Below, piece by piece: positions 29,901-38,414 of a stretch of DNA of 64,000 nucleotides. This DNA is from a virus (Duplodnaviria; Caudoviricetes): positions 1 through 64,000 of the IMG/VR virus record IMGVR_UViG_3300005403_000005; one strand, written 5' to 3'. Each line of letters begins with the position of its first letter. Positions within the stretch are counted from its first letter, which is position 1. A program made the translations under genes and the position numbers. The notes beneath the pieces are model-generated. The model saw nothing but the letters and a program-made list of their open reading frames with translations, did no database searches and was not told the DNA's origin.

Positions 29901-31198
29901 ACGGCACTGCTTGGATACCCTCCTCACCGCGTGGGACGTACATCACGAATAATGGGGTGTATACCGGCCTGATTGTGGCCGACCAAGTACAGACCGGCGG
30001 GTTGCGTGGCATCAACGTCAACGCCGCCAGCCATACAACGAAGGGAAGCTATCTTACTCAGGCCTGCGCTGCTGGAGCGACCACGCTGTATGTGCATAAT
30101 ACTGAGGATTTCCCGACGAGCGGTGAAGGCTGGTTATTAGGCACAGCGTCGTCCATCATATCCTGGACCGGGAAAACTGCAACAAGTTTGACTGGGGTTT
30201 CAGTCCCTCCTTCATCTGGGGCGATCCCGGCCCAAACTGCTGGCACTACCATTGTTCCGAACGAAAAAGTCATAGTTATAGATGATGCATCCAATGAGAT
30301 TATTTTTCTGGGGAACAATGGCACTGTCAATACGTTGTTATGCTCAATCGGGATAGCTTCGGTCGATACAGACTCATATATAATTAATCTGCCAAATTGC
30401 GGTGATCATTTTGGAATAAATCTCAGAGGAACCAATAAACTTATAAATGCAGTCGAGCAGTCTAGTGCCTATTACAACGATTTGATTTATGCCAAGACGA
30501 TCAATCAGTATAGTGTTTCGTTCCACGGGATAGCTGTTGGTGCTGATGGCACTGGGGTGGTTGGAAGAGCGGAAGGAGCCCGTGGAGCTGGGGTTTACGG
30601 ATATGCTCCTGGGGCTGGTAAGTTTGGCGTCTATGGTAAATGTGAGACTGCGACCACAGGGTACGATTTTTACGCAGGCGGAGCTGGGGTAAACTATGGA
30701 CCGTTTACTGGATCACACGACGGGCTGGTTCTCAAGGGCTTTTGCGCTCAACCAGGTGATATATTGGTTGATGTAGCAGTAGTTGAAAGAGCCAATGTCT
30801 CAAACGCTATCTGCCAAAACGATTTATCAACCGTGCCACAGCAGCAATGCGTTGTAGGTGTTTATTTGACCCATGGGCCCATGGACACAAAAAATCCGCC
30901 ATCCGCGCTATGGGATAAAGTTATTGGGTTACCAAACCCAATAATATTAACGCTATGCGAAATCTACGACCTGGCTGTGTTTAATGCTGTTGGAGAAGGG
31001 TTGATTAATGTCTGCAAAGATGGCGGAGATATTCAGGCAGGAGATTATATTTGTTCATCAAGTAGGCCAGGAAAAGGAATGAGACAAGATGATGACTTAC
31101 TGCATAACTATACGGTAGCAAAAGCAAGAGAAGATTGCATATGGGCGGAAGGCGAAGATGATATAAGGATGATTGCCTGCACATATCACTGCGGATAG
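23996..31198 (+). CDS. Central tail tip/host-specificity protein (gpI-gpJ fusion with FN3, CBM5/12-like, LamG-like and C-terminal chaperone-like regions), ~2400 aa
   Basis: gpI-like N-terminus (DEVMFIRRVAGG), gpJ motifs (IPVLYGEHRVGG, YPYTALLGL, SNPANIIYDLL, CEPGDII), W..A.AY..G..V...Y.AL carbohydrate-binding motif, GWRRFAVTWD..YVDG LamG motif, C-terminal FTGSH...GEG.I.V...GDYI.SS; start reassigned to ATG 23996. Confidence 0.9.
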   Translation: MIIKYMPNIFSKTGRLEFRYGGDLKSVGDIFRDKFKAPERGFYCIVGGSRVDWDYVPEPEDEVMFIRRVAGGGGFFNPLRIIFHVVTGGMFISFDLVQVGMTAIMMAQMPKIGGGSSDSPTYGWDRIGNTIGEGNIIPVLYGEHRVGGVVLEVFTESAGTNGKDKYLNVLLGLSEGEIHGIDTATINIANNDVSTYGSDIQTWTTLGTNNQSPLDNFSKVHRQYGISGVNLIYNQPYIYKTFGQCNSADLTVSFPYGLMRLNDEGKMKTLSVSFTVQYAHESTPTEWSSATTFTVSARSKSAVEHIHTVTFPTVGRYYIKINRTTGEHTGASYTSNSTLSSIIEVEKASLGYPYTALLGLRIKATDKISGAMPDINVICQGRILQDVRGYTASLENSSNPANIIYDLLTSCRYGLGDYILPEQIDIETFQDFADWCDEIVDYVERDPMTGQDVTKQQKRYVINFYLDTEGKAEETISKILSMCRAGMYWSGNRVRIVIERPQSAIAQTFCMANITADSYSETYVSPADIPNQIEVKILDEKDNFRRAVITAIDKSRLESSAPAKSIDMFGITDKARAKREALFVMKKLKSLMRFIKFESTIQAVICEPGDIIMFQHDIPQYGFGGSIEAVDATKITLDRLVPMESGKTYRLKVRKQNNTYATYMLTPSTTITTNELNVGAVNDADVVEGCIWQFGEIGKEAKPFRVQSITRKGLQDVEISAEEYNDSIFSDDGTIDVSEVKYSSLGLIEKFSVDGTIVNPDIRVATDKELVGIPTNGNGIIPPFVTNVTLFEEYELVGDVYKSALSVSFERVSLPSESDAYIRNYEIIYSNDEGETWLSAGFVSGIGNGRFPVEIGEAYAVCVKPYTNYGKTNDIELSANALDHQAFILGNQATPPAVTYINATGKTFSIIIETDVPIDPTLDAIEVYAATTNDRAQAVIVGRSKSGRIQHTGVAQNQTYYYWAKAVNTAKKESEWYPLSDTAGVACQSSTDPSDVLGVLSGAITDSELSQSLLDTINNNSAGVQSVEELLQNQWTMKITEGNRVTGVGSIMYPKWDVAMAYTVGTMVEGSNGSIYKALQSSTGKDPLSNPTYWQLVPYGVKSEFTILSDKFQVMRQDGTGSAITPFVIGLVNGVDTVGVNGQLVVDDSISARSIKTDELIVGENVTMGPNAVITWGQVAGGPATYQQSTDPIPLHPTFSRASTAYLANGTKIDSGKPRIEPGKFGGAIMVEEGTTNLLLPGQYNASDTTLFSVDTDCVLSLETTSPISGASSIKCVTPAVAVKRLYFSINNKPAVTAGLAYSGQMLVKGSGTVTFVMRAYNSSNVAVGDSASIDVTLTATPQLIKIENFIIPTGGVNLQIIIGSKNAEVCTIIADCYQLEQKPYATSFIDGTRAAESLTVPSTGMSPAAGTIEIDIEVTEQTKRVLVPGTSHLLFQISRANNANAQGICIAHNNSGFVFVTADDSNAQSSSAYVTNANMPNGWRRFAVTWDATSAIWYVDGVQKGIIEAPKLPSAFSSLIHLGCHPVSSLSTANSLIDCVRLSNYKRSAAEILASATSGLPMERDAYTTALFDFNTGIEWLNNGTLKTYNGVAWEDAATWGAPTGTYVGATLADTVSTVATNFNTRNDRNATAVVAPTVADATGTIDHTVNTDGSVDVSFEWSWAGTEADIDGFVVYVHDNGTTTPTSQKVLAATADASVQVFYLTPQRRAFILYGVATNHWYTFGVQAYRIVDQDVDATGTKKSAIVQPLSTATETTYGAYRPASSVAFAGDITGTIAGTAASTVVSNANSAYTLVSDIASDSKLTPVEKQDIRREWNAIYSEKSSLDAQATALGITTEKTTYDNSIQALGTYLNGGTAYTLGATPPSWITDANLSATTTIVGATFRSTFKTYYDAKIALINKMAAVAATKADWTGVSGTGKPADYATKNTASSGTTPHANPQAGDTWFNSATTDGTYYALTSYSYNGTAWIPSSPRGTYITNNGVYTGLIVADQVQTGGLRGINVNAASHTTKGSYLTQACAAGATTLYVHNTEDFPTSGEGWLLGTASSIISWTGKTATSLTGVSVPPSSGAIPAQTAGTTIVPNEKVIVIDDASNEIIFLGNNGTVNTLLCSIGIASVDTDSYIINLPNCGDHFGINLRGTNKLINAVEQSSAYYNDLIYAKTINQYSVSFHGIAVGADGTGVVGRAEGARGAGVYGYAPGAGKFGVYGKCETATTGYDFYAGGAGVNYGPFTGSHDGLVLKGFCAQPGDILVDVAVVERANVSNAICQNDLSTVPQQQCVVGVYLTHGPMDTKNPPSALWDKVIGLPNPIILTLCEIYDLAVFNAVGEGLINVCKDGGDIQAGDYICSSSRPGKGMRQDDDLLHNYTVAKAREDCIWAEGEDDIRMIACTYHCG

Positions 31199-31207
31199 AG
31201 AGGATAC

Positions 31208-31388
31208 GATGACAGAAAAAGACCTGAGCAGAGAAATCATGTTGGCTGATACCGTGGCCGAACGAGGCAGACAGGTGCTGCAACAGAGCCAGCAAATCGC
31301 CCAACTGGAGCATGAGGTTGAAAGACTTCGCGAAATCATCAAAACTATGGAGGACAGAAATGCACGTTGTAATGAAGTACCTCAGTAA
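31208..31388 (+). CDS. Small coiled-coil protein, possibly a tail fibre chaperone
   Basis: RBS GAGGA; follows the fibre gene. Confidence 0.5.
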
Positions 31389-31608
31389 TGTGTGGCGTGC
31401 GCTCTGGGCAATCATCGTCGATATCGATAAGCTTCTCAATGCAATCGCTCTTGGCGACCCAGACGAGACAATCTCCTCCCGTGTAGGGAAACGAAGAGAT
31501 GGCGCAGAGCGCTTCTGGGCGTGGGTGGTTGACAAGCTCTTCTTCTGGCAAAAGAACCACACGAAGAAATCAGTACAGCCCGATGAGGGTGGGGATTCAG
31601 TAGCATAA
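31360..31608 (+). CDS. Conserved phage hypothetical protein (GDPDETISSR motif)
   Basis: RBS GGAGGA; motif seen in small post-fibre phage proteins. Confidence 0.7.
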   Translation: MHVVMKYLSNVWRALWAIIVDIDKLLNAIALGDPDETISSRVGKRRDGAERFWAWVVDKLFFWQKNHTKKSVQPDEGGDSVA

Positions 31609-31661
31609 GATGTGACGATAGGGCGCTAGAGATAGCGCCCTTTTCATTTCTGGGAGGAACG

Positions 31662-31874
31662 ATGGAGACACAGATTGTCCAAATCGAGCCGACAATACAC
31701 CTTTGGGCTTTTCTATTTTGGATGGGGTTTGTTTTGTCGATAAAGGTTGGCTTCAATATTGTCGCACAGATGCGCCGCTGCGACAAGCTGAATGCCCAAA
31801 TCGCAGAGAGGGATTCGGGGGGTGATAATGCTCGACGTTTTGATGGACGATATAGGTCGCAAATTCGTCGATAA
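31662..31874 (+). CDS. Small membrane protein in the lysis region
   Basis: RBS GGAGGA; TM segment LWAFLFWMGFVLSI. Confidence 0.55.
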   Translation: METQIVQIEPTIHLWAFLFWMGFVLSIKVGFNIVAQMRRCDKLNAQIAERDSGGDNARRFDGRYRSQIRR

Positions 31875-32094
31875 CGCCGGGAAAATCTTCAGCTTCATTT
31901 TCGGCATTGTCGGCTGGCTCGCTGGGAAGCTCCTCAAGAAGTTCGAGGAATCGATAAGTGCCGTAAACGAGAAATGCGATGAAAATCATGACGAGATGTA
32001 CGCCAGAACTGAAGCGCTTGAGAAAGAAATCTCGGCGCTCACAAGCAGGCTTGCAAAGCTTGAAGGCGCACATGAGGTCAATCACAAGGGGTAA
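31828..32094 (+). CDS. Single-TM plus coiled-coil protein (holin/antiholin-like)
   Basis: IFSFIFGIVGWLAG TM then coiled coil; directly upstream of the endolysin. Confidence 0.6.
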   Translation: MLDVLMDDIGRKFVDNAGKIFSFIFGIVGWLAGKLLKKFEESISAVNEKCDENHDEMYARTEALEKEISALTSRLAKLEGAHEVNHKG

Positions 32095-32098
32095 TGTA

Positions 32099-32554
32099 AT
32101 GGACAGGAAGATTGATACCATCATCATCCATTGTGCGGCGACGCCCAATGGGAAGCACTTCACCGTAGAGGATATCGATAGCTGGCACAGGGAGCGGGGA
32201 TTTGCCCGCTCCTATCGTGCCATGAGAGCCCTCAATCCCAGTCTCACTTCTATAGGCTATCACTTCGTCATCTACATCGATGGCTCAGTGCATACGGGAA
32301 GAGGAGTTGAGGAAATCGGAGCACACGCCGCAGGGATGAATGCCCACTCTATCGGAATATGCCTCATTGGGTCAGATAAGTTCTCTGATGCCCAATGGGA
32401 TGCACTTCACAACCTCGTGAACAGCCTGAAAGCGACCATCGGCGGGGAAATCAAGGTTGTGGGACATCGGGATATTCCGGGCGTACATAAGAGCTGCCCC
32501 GGCTTTGATGTGGCATCGTGGCTTGAGAAAGAGAAAGAATCGGAGGTGGCATAA
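32099..32554 (+). CDS. Endolysin, N-acetylmuramoyl-L-alanine amidase (T7 lysozyme/Amidase_2 family)
   Basis: IIIHCAAT, IGYHF, GAH, GHRD, KSCPGF zinc/catalytic motifs. Confidence 0.93.
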   Translation: MDRKIDTIIIHCAATPNGKHFTVEDIDSWHRERGFARSYRAMRALNPSLTSIGYHFVIYIDGSVHTGRGVEEIGAHAAGMNAHSIGICLIGSDKFSDAQWDALHNLVNSLKATIGGEIKVVGHRDIPGVHKSCPGFDVASWLEKEKESEVA

Positions 32555-33033
32555 TGGGCGGATTCTGGGGTGCGCTCGCAGAGGGAGGCGTTACCGGGAT
32601 ATTCAAAGGCGTAGGAGAGTTTGCGAAGGATATCAGAGCTGCCGTCACCGGGGAGGAGGTTCTCTCATCGGAACAGAAGATGAAACTCCTTGAGCAGGCT
32701 GCGGCACTAGAAGCCTCAGTCCTTCAAGCTGACCTCGCGGTAATACAGGGTCAAGTAGATATCAACAAGATTGAAGCGGCAGACCCGACCATTTTCAAAA
32801 GTGGGTGGCGTCCGGCAGTGGGGTGGGTTTGTGTCGCTGGACTCGCGTACACATTCGTATTAAAGCCGATATTGCCGTGGGCTGTTCAAGTAGGATGTCA
32901 GATTTTTGGCTATGAATCAGCTCTCCCAGTAATGCCCGATATCCCAATGGGGGATTTGGTGATTCTCCTCAGTGGCTTGTTGGGTTTGGGCGGATTCCGC
33001 ACATTTGAGAAATTCAAGGGTGTCTCTCGATGA
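32554..33033 (+). CDS. Holin (3TM, GTA-holin-like)
   Basis: KSGWRPAVGWVC motif and C-terminal LLGLGGFRTFEK. Confidence 0.85.
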   Translation: MGGFWGALAEGGVTGIFKGVGEFAKDIRAAVTGEEVLSSEQKMKLLEQAAALEASVLQADLAVIQGQVDINKIEAADPTIFKSGWRPAVGWVCVAGLAYTFVLKPILPWAVQVGCQIFGYESALPVMPDIPMGDLVILLSGLLGLGGFRTFEKFKGVSR

Positions 33034-33791
33034 GGGTGCGACAGTACAGATTTGACGATACCATCAGATTGTTCAATATCGGCGACCTGCATCGTGGCGA
33101 TAAGTGTTGCGACGTGAAAGCCTTCCATAGGGTCGTGGAAGAGGTGAGGAGAAGTGATGATGCGTTTTGGGTGAGTACGGGCGACCTCCTCAATGTGGCG
33201 CTAAAGACAAGTCTCTCGGACTGCTACAGCTCGCTCTCCCTTGAGGATGAGAAGCATGAACTCATCAAGGAGCTCAGTCCGATAGCGCACAAGTGTCTCG
33301 GCTTCGTGGGCTCCAATCACCACAGAAGACTCAGTAATGCTACGGGACTTAACCTCGACAAGGTTATAGCGAACGAACTGAAGATTCCTTATCTCGGGAA
33401 GATAGGGCTCATCAATGTCACGTGCGGCAGGGCAAGCTACTTCATTGCGATGCACCACGGGACTGGGGGAGGGAAGCGCAGGGGTGGCAAGGTTAACAAC
33501 CTAGAAGACCTCGCCTCGCTCATCCCAGGCGCAGATGTCTACATGGAGGGACATACACACGCATTCGCCCACTTCATCGATGAGCACCCATACATCGACA
33601 GAAAGCGTAACATCTTCTCAAGCCACCCGGCGCACTTCATAACAACTGGACATTATCTAAAGTGGGATGACAGCTACGCACAGGACTATAAGCTTCGCCC
33701 CATGCCAATCGGCTCCTCCATCATCCAGCTCTTCGCCAATGGGGTAGGCGTTGGGAAGAATAAGATGGTCAAGGTTGATTTCTTCCAATAG
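33030..33791 (+). CDS. Calcineurin-like metallophosphoesterase
   Basis: GDLH, GDL, GSNH, HHG, GHTH motifs. Confidence 0.88.
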   Translation: MRVRQYRFDDTIRLFNIGDLHRGDKCCDVKAFHRVVEEVRRSDDAFWVSTGDLLNVALKTSLSDCYSSLSLEDEKHELIKELSPIAHKCLGFVGSNHHRRLSNATGLNLDKVIANELKIPYLGKIGLINVTCGRASYFIAMHHGTGGGKRRGGKVNNLEDLASLIPGADVYMEGHTHAFAHFIDEHPYIDRKRNIFSSHPAHFITTGHYLKWDDSYAQDYKLRPMPIGSSIIQLFANGVGVGKNKMVKVDFFQ

Positions 33792-33832
33792 TGCGGATAA
33801 AATAAGTCCCACTGCATGATGCGGGAGGGCTT

Positions 33833-34965
33833 ATGAATATCGAGGTCAAAGAGAAGAGAGGCATTAAGCGCTGGTACTATGACTTCACGCTTGAGCGGAA
33901 ACGCCACCGTGATTTCCTCGACCCAGTAGAGAGCATGTCAAGAAGGCAGGCTGTGGCGGCAGTCGAAAGGATTCGCGCCGCCATCATCTCCAAGGGGAGC
34001 GAGTACAAGAGAGAGAAGCGCATCGACATCAAGGAGATATTCGACAGCTACAAGACATATCTTGAGGAGCACCGAAAGAGTACGTTCAAGAATTTTATGT
34101 ATGTCTTCCACTCCTTCCGCGTATTCCATGATGGCGACATCACAATGGATGACATAGTAGAATAACAGAAGAAGCGCTCATCAGAGGAGGCTTCCGGAGC
34201 AACCATCAATCGGGAGATTGGGATAGCCAAAGCAGCATTCAATCGTGCTATTAAAATGGCATCTGGAAGCGCCAGAATCCCTTCCAGCTTGCCGATAAGT
34301 ATGAAGCCGTAGAGAGGGAGCGCTATCTTTCCGAAGAGGAGCTTGTCAATCTCCTCGCAGCATGCAGGCTTGCCGCCAATCAGTACAATCCGCATATCTA
34401 CGAGATAGTCATTCTGGGAATCATGACTGGACTGCGGAAAGAGAAAATCCTGACGATGCACGCGAGGAACTTCGGGGATGACCTTCAGACATATACCGTG
34501 AAGAAGACCGGAACAAACAAATACAAAAAGAGCAATGTCGTCATCATTCCCCAGATGGCCTCCTCCATCATCAAGGATGCGGTGAAGCGAAGCAAGAGCG
34601 GCTACCTCTTCGAGAATCCCAGAACTGGGAAGCCGTACGGGAATATCAAGAGGACATGGGCAACTGCGCTGAAGTTTGCCAAGATTGAAGACTTCCGCTT
34701 TCACGACCTGAGACATACATTCGGGACATACGCTCTTCTGGCAACGAGAGATTTGAAGGGCGTGCAGGAAGCGATGAACCACTCGACCATCGGACAGACA
34801 TCCAAATACGCACACATCCTTAATGAGAGAAAAGCTGAAGTTATGGCCCTAACAAATAGTCTCATTTCGAGAATGGTCGTCAGGAATGTCGCAAAGATTG
34901 ATTCGGTAGTTTCAAAGAATAGCTCTGGGAAAGGGCTCAGGACTAACCGAGGCATTCCCTCCTAA
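33833..34965 (+). pseudogene. int: Tyrosine integrase disrupted by an in-frame TAA (34163-34165) and a 1-nt frameshift in the A4 run at 34253-34256
   Basis: Reading through restores ...DIVE*QKKR...TINREI...AFNRAIK/GIWKRQNPF...RERYLSEEE...MTGLRK...FRFHDLRHTFGT...MNHS...KY, with R, HxxR, H and Y residues intact. Confidence 0.88.
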
Positions 34966-35053
34966 GGAAGGGGGTCGGATATTTTCGTGGATTCTCGAAA
35001 CGATAAATCCGGACACAGGGACTAGGGGAAATTCACATATTGCATCACGCAAA

Positions 35054-35129
35054 GTCCTTGTAGCTCAGTGGATAGAGCAATCGCCTCCTAAGCGATAGGT
35101 CGGCAGTTCGAGTCTGCCCAAGGACGCCA
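35054..35129 (+). tRNA. tRNA-Arg(CCT)
   Basis: GTCCTTG/CAAGGAC acceptor, ATCGC-CTCCTAA-GCGAT anticodon arm, GGCAG-TTCGAGT-CTGCC T-arm, encoded CCA. Confidence 0.95.
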
Positions 35130-35133
35130 AATT

Positions 35134-35166
35134 AAATGGGCCTCATTTTAGAGGCCCATTTCTTTA
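35134..35166. terminator. Bidirectional terminator between the tRNA and thyX
   Basis: AAATGGGCCTC/GAGGCCCATTT hairpin between convergent genes. Confidence 0.8.
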
Positions 35167-35194
35167 TTCCAATCTCGACAAGAATCTTGACAAG

Positions 35195-35851
35195 TTATTT
35201 CTGAAGATTCTCTACGATATCGCCGAAGAGCGCAGGCCATCTCCCAGCAAAGTCCATCAGCATCGGTATGGTAAGCTCCCGCATCTGTGGGTGTGCTGCA
35301 CTATCAGTCCGGAGCTTGAAGAAGTGCCGCCACTCCCTGACATTCATCGTCATGAAGAGCTTCGTCTTGGTGTCATTGGGAAGTACGCCGCGAGCCCACT
35401 CCGCTGATGCGCCATAACCTATGAGCTCCATGTAGCGCTGCTGCGCCTCCTCCATCGCCCCATACCAAACTTTGTAGATGGGCGTACCCTCCTTGAATTT
35501 AGAGGGCTTGATGAAGGCAATTTCGCCATAAAACTTCTCTTCGACGGAGTAATTGCAGTAGCGCTGTGATTCCTGCGAGTATGAGGCAATCCGATGCCGG
35601 ACTATCTCGTGGGAGATGCTGCGATTCGTGATGACCTCGACAGAAATTGAGCCATGCTCAAGGACAGACTCATGACCCCGTCTGATGAGATTCTTGATGA
35701 ACTCATCACGCTTGACTTTCTGCTCCTCAATGGGAAACCACCCGTATTGCGGCTCAGAAAGATAGCACACACGAGCGGCACGCTCAATGTGCTGGATAAG
35801 ATTCGGCGTTGATGCTACGATTTCAAAAGATTGTTCGACCAATTTTGGCAT
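35195..35851 (-). CDS. thyX: FAD-dependent thymidylate synthase
   Basis: GHESVLEH and RSISHEIVRHRIASYSQESQRY ThyX signature; AHPQMR. Confidence 0.96.
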   Translation of the reverse strand: MPKLVEQSFEIVASTPNLIQHIERAARVCYLSEPQYGWFPIEEQKVKRDEFIKNLIRRGHESVLEHGSISVEVITNRSISHEIVRHRIASYSQESQRYCNYSVEEKFYGEIAFIKPSKFKEGTPIYKVWYGAMEEAQQRYMELIGYGASAEWARGVLPNDTKTKLFMTMNVREWRHFFKLRTDSAAHPQMRELTIPMLMDFAGRWPALFGDIVENLQK

Positions 35852-35853
35852 GA

Positions 35854-36282
35854 TTAGCCCTCCATATACCCATTTTCAATCAGGAGATTCTCCCAAATGT
35901 CGATTACTCCATACACAACGTCAGTAGGCGTCACAATGCCATTGGCCATATTCTTCGCATTAGCCCTCCGCCACTTTGCCCACGCTTTACCCTTCTTGAC
36001 GACATCTGTAGCCTCGCGCATGCCTCCATCTGCGTAGGAGACTAGGATTACCAAGAACCTTTCATCTACCTCATCCAATTTGCAAACCAACTTATGAAGG
36101 TCGATTCGCGCAACCATCTTAACTTCGACGCTATTCTCGGAGCTGGAAGAGCCCATTGATGCGCCAAGTTTCAGCATATTCACAATCTTCCCAGTTGTTG
36201 CAGTTGGATAATCCAATAGCACTGAACAATTCACGAGCCACGAAATAGCGTGGCTACCATCATCAAAAACCATTACACACAC
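35854..36282 (-). CDS. Hypothetical protein
   Basis: Open ORF with RBS AGGAG; exact start uncertain. Confidence 0.55.
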   Translation of the reverse strand: MCVMVFDDGSHAISWLVNCSVLLDYPTATTGKIVNMLKLGASMGSSSSENSVEVKMVARIDLHKLVCKLDEVDERFLVILVSYADGGMREATDVVKKGKAWAKWRRANAKNMANGIVTPTDVVYGVIDIWENLLIENGYMEG

Positions 36283-36303
36283 TCCTATTAAGTAGTTGAT
36301 TTG

Positions 36304-36834
36304 TTAAGCCACATCTTTATATCGTTCGCCACTCTTTATCTTGGAAATTGTATTTTCACTTACGCCAAAAATCTCAGACAACTTCTTGCTTGAAAGCTTC
36401 GATGCGCGAATCTCCAAAACTTGAGAATCGGTCAACGCTCTTCTCATTCTGGAATATTTGGCTAGAACTTCCTTGCCAATGGTATTGCTACACTCCAACA
36501 TCTTCTTACGCTTCTCATCGCACCGACCAGAATCCCACGAATGCCGGATATTTTGCTTTGCGGTACACCACTCAAGATTTTCAACGCGATTGTCAGTCTT
36601 GTCAAAATTCTTGTGATTTACGCACGGCAATTTATCTGGATTCGGGATAAATGCTTCAGCAACCAGACGATGCACATAGGCGAATTTGGGCTTTCTATTG
36701 GCGTAGATATACGCCTGTCTATAGCCACACTTGGATGTAGCGAGTGATAATTCGCGGACATTTCCAGACTTATTTGAATAGATAAGCCCACGTTCATCCA
36801 CGAAATAACCGTCAAATCCATTTATCGGCATCAT
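36304..36834 (-). CDS. HNH homing endonuclease (NUMOD4-HNH-HTH)
   Basis: YVHRLVAEAF, VNHKNFDKTDNRVENLEW. Confidence 0.92.
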   Translation of the reverse strand: MMPINGFDGYFVDERGLIYSNKSGNVRELSLATSKCGYRQAYIYANRKPKFAYVHRLVAEAFIPNPDKLPCVNHKNFDKTDNRVENLEWCTAKQNIRHSWDSGRCDEKRKKMLECSNTIGKEVLAKYSRMRRALTDSQVLEIRASKLSSKKLSEIFGVSENTISKIKSGERYKDVA

Positions 36835-38414
36835 AGAATTGTAAACCCCGGCTCATTTTTAATGAGTTCATACCTGCGCAAACTGTGTGCAAGGAGCTTT
36901 TGGTGATGATTATCAATAAAATCTATGATTATGGCAAAATTCTCATCCTCCTTTCTTCTTATGGCCCTGCCAGTTCTCTGGAAGAGGGCTGGTGCTGATT
37001 TATTGCCTGCTGCCAATATTACAGCACCTATTTCCCCAACATCGATGCCTTCATCGAAAATTGAAGTCGTGATTATTACGTCGAGCTTCCCCTTCTCAAG
37101 CTGCTTCAGTGCTCTCTCACGTTCTGCATAAGAATTCTGACCGTCTACATAACTGGCGTTCACGCCCATATCATGAAGAACTCTTTCGATAATCTTGCCG
37201 TGCTTGACCTCTTGAACGATGATGAGCGTCTTCTTCCCCATCTCGACCATCTTGAGTGCATTCGTGACTATCAACTTATTACGTGCCATATTCTTTACGA
37301 TGCCATGCTCGTAAATATCTCTCCAGTGCGTAAGCTTCCGTTCAAGTGGGGTGTTTACTGGGATGAAGCGGAAGAAGGGGCGGGCAAGCACACCAGCGTC
37401 AATCAGCTCCTTTGCAGCCACGTTCGTAAGGATGTTCCCAGAGATGCCCTCAAGGTACATATCATCTTCGCAGTTTCCCTTCATAAAAGGAGTCGCAGTA
37501 AGCGCAAGGCGAAGCATAGCATTCTTGCAGGCAATTGCTGCTTCGTAAAATTGAGGTGAGCCTGAGCGATGCGCCTCATCTATGATAAGGAGCTGGAAGT
37601 TGGAGAGGAGCTCCTCAGTCGCCTTCTTGTCCTTCTTCATCATCGCCTGTATCGTCTGTACGGTCGCAATCGTGATGTTATTGGGAGAGAATTGGCCATT
37701 GCCAATGATGCCAATCTGGTTGGCCATGTGCGGTAGCCGGTTGGCGAATCTTTTTGCAGTCTGGTAAAGGAGGTTTACACGATGAGTGAGAAAAATTGTG
37801 GGGACTGCTGCCTTCGCGGTTACAGCGATGGCAATTTCAGTCTTACCTGCTCCGGTGGCGAGTTTTGCAACTCCACGCCGCGCAGTGAAGAAGTCGATGA
37901 TGGCACGCTCCTGATAGTCACGGAGGGTGATTCCCTTTAGCTGGGGAATATCCTTTGTAAACCAGTTGGCCATGACGCGTTGCTCGTCATAGCTGATTTC
38001 AAATGGCACGCCATCCTTCCGGAGCGCATCTGCGACTCTGGGGAGGAAGCCTGAGAGAAAGCGACGATTCCGTGTGTCGTAGAATGACTTCGTGCCATCC
38101 CAATGCCGAAGCCTGGGATTCTGTTTGACGAGGCGCTTCTTGATGATGTCAAAGTTCTCCATCTTATAGGAGAGACAGTCATAAACTGTATGAAGCGCAG
38201 CCTCAGTGGGCTGGGACAGCATAGTGAAGACATTTCCGACAATCAGTTTTGTCATCTGGGAGCTCGTTTCCTTTCGGATGATTTCATCTGGGGAATTATA
38301 CGGATGAGTTCTTCTCTGGAGCATTAGCGATAAATTATTTTTCTCTAATGAATCAGTCAACGCAGGGTCAAAGATGTTGTGAGCGGAGCGAACGCACATC
38401 GTCGACCCAAACAT
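36831..38414 (-). CDS. Superfamily II DNA helicase (UvsW/A18-like)
   Basis: LRDYQ, ATGAGKT, DEAH, LTAT, QRTGR motifs. Confidence 0.93.
   Translation of the reverse strand: MFGSTMCVRSAHNIFDPALTDSLEKNNLSLMLQRRTHPYNSPDEIIRKETSSQMTKLIVGNVFTMLSQPTEAALHTVYDCLSYKMENFDIIKKRLVKQNPRLRHWDGTKSFYDTRNRRFLSGFLPRVADALRKDGVPFEISYDEQRVMANWFTKDIPQLKGITLRDYQERAIIDFFTARRGVAKLATGAGKTEIAIAVTAKAAVPTIFLTHRVNLLYQTAKRFANRLPHMANQIGIIGNGQFSPNNITIATVQTIQAMMKKDKKATEELLSNFQLLIIDEAHRSGSPQFYEAAIACKNAMLRLALTATPFMKGNCEDDMYLEGISGNILTNVAAKELIDAGVLARPFFRFIPVNTPLERKLTHWRDIYEHGIVKNMARNKLIVTNALKMVEMGKKTLIIVQEVKHGKIIERVLHDMGVNASYVDGQNSYAERERALKQLEKGKLDVIITTSIFDEGIDVGEIGAVILAAGNKSAPALFQRTGRAIRRKEDENFAIIIDFIDNHHQKLLAHSLRRYELIKNEPGFTIL

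Noticed and set aside
23996-31198. Diversity-generating retroelement targeting the fibre C-terminus
   Set aside because: No reverse transcriptase in the window and no template/variable repeat pair noticed; cannot be excluded outside the window.
34163-34165. Genetic-code reassignment or readthrough explaining the integrase TAA
   Set aside because: TAA, TGA and TAG all terminate genes normally elsewhere, no suppressor tRNA is present, and a separate frameshift follows.
35054-35129. Host tRNA marking a prophage boundary
   Set aside because: Both flanks are phage genes (int on one side; thyX, HNH and helicase on the other) and no second att copy was noticed.
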